From IMG/VR virus record IMGVR_UViG_3300044675_002582, positions 1 through 25,923 of that record: DNA of 25,923 nt; one strand, 5' to 3'. This document shows positions 25,253 through 25,923 of the stretch, in pieces. This DNA comes from a virus. Taxonomy: Duplodnaviria > Caudoviricetes. The notes below the pieces were generated by a model. That model did no database searches and was not told where the DNA came from. It saw only the letters and a program-made list of their open reading frames with translations. Position numbers and translations under genes: made by a program. Position 1 is the stretch's first letter, and the number at the start of each line of letters is the position of its first letter.

Positions 25253-25923
25253 TTATGCTCCTACAACCAAGATAAACGGTGTCATTTCAGCATACAAACT
25301 CTTCTGGAAAGTTCGTCCGCTTAGAACACCTGTACTCTGGCTAATAACCAGTGTAGGTCCGATTCGGAAGTCGCCATTTTGATCTGTTGAAGTAAAGAAC
25401 ACCTTACCATTATTTAACTGAACTACTTCTTTGCTCTGTTGTGGGTCAGCAGTACCAACCTGTGGCAATGCACCATACTGTGTACCTGCACCAACATATT
25501 CAAACAAATATCCAGAAGCAGAAATATAACTCTGCTGATAGAATCTAACACTTGCACCGTCAATGAACAATGTCGGGTCAGTTACGTTTTGTTCTAGTCT
25601 AACCAAATGGTATTGTCCTTTGCGTAAGAAATACCCATTGCCAGTATTCACAGAATTATAGTTTCCGCCATAGATTAGATCGTAACCTACTGCGTCTACA
25701 ATTGCACCCATGTCTCTAAAACATTTTGCTCTATCATAGTTTGTTGCATCAGTAAACACTGCATCAATATACGCTACAACTTCTGCTTGAACAAACGCTC
25801 TGTTTGCTAACAAGATGTTAAACGAGTTTACAACCGCAGTGCTGGTACTTGCAACAGAACTAATTGGTTCTTTTGTAGGTGCAACATCTGGGCCGTTTTC
25901 GATAATATTTGTAATGTTATCAA
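25253..25923 (-). CDS. Large virion structural protein, 3' part (start lies beyond the window)
   Basis: Frame is open to the window edge (DNITNIIENGPDV...FNILLANR). LLANRAFVQAEV...KCFRDMGAIVDA..DL.YGGN unit and C-terminal VFFTSTDQNGDFRIG resemble structural proteins of T4-like cyanomyoviruses. Confidence 0.8.
   Translation of the reverse strand, partial: DNITNIIENGPDVAPTKEPISSVASTSTAVVNSFNILLANRAFVQAEVVAYIDAVFTDATNYDRAKCFRDMGAIVDAVGYDLIYGGNYNSVNTGNGYFLRKGQYHLVRLEQNVTDPTLFIDGASVRFYQQSYISASGYLFEYVGAGTQYGALPQVGTADPQQSKEVVQLNNGKVFFTSTDQNGDFRIGPTLVISQSTGVLSGRTFQKSLYAEMTPFILVVGA

Noticed and set aside
82-25255. Possible TAG stop-codon reassignment (no called gene ends in TAG)
   Set aside because: All genes, including those over 6 kb, are intact under code 11 with no in-frame TAG; TAG avoidance is common in AT-rich phages.
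1-25923. tRNA, rRNA, introns, inteins or mobile elements
   Set aside because: The window is almost fully coding with intergenic gaps of about 60 bp or less; no cloverleaf, homing endonuclease, intein or transposase motifs were seen by eye.

Overview
Tail and neck morphogenesis region of a large, AT-rich (~40% GC by eye) T4-related myovirus, probably a jumbo phage; the host cannot be determined from this window. Left end: the 5' fragment of a dNMP kinase and a gp13-like neck gene on the minus strand. These sit head-to-head with a plus-strand run of gp14-like neck protein, an unannotated 50-aa Cys-rich metallothionein-like ORF, an extended gp15-like tail terminator and a NUDIX hydrolase. The remaining ~22 kb is one minus-strand block: four large paralogous fibre/structural proteins (one truncated by the window), then a 2336-aa collagen-like fibre with six linker repeats and a C-terminal S74 chaperone. 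A cassette of small genes follows (three 'TYTW' paralogs, two other small proteins and a 2OG-Fe(II) prolyl-hydroxylase-like oxygenase). T4-late-type TAAATA boxes precede most transcription units. Best leads: the metallothionein-like microprotein inside the neck operon, a possible collagen-fibre modification cassette, and repeat-delimited modules in the fibre. All family assignments are from motif recognition, not database searches.
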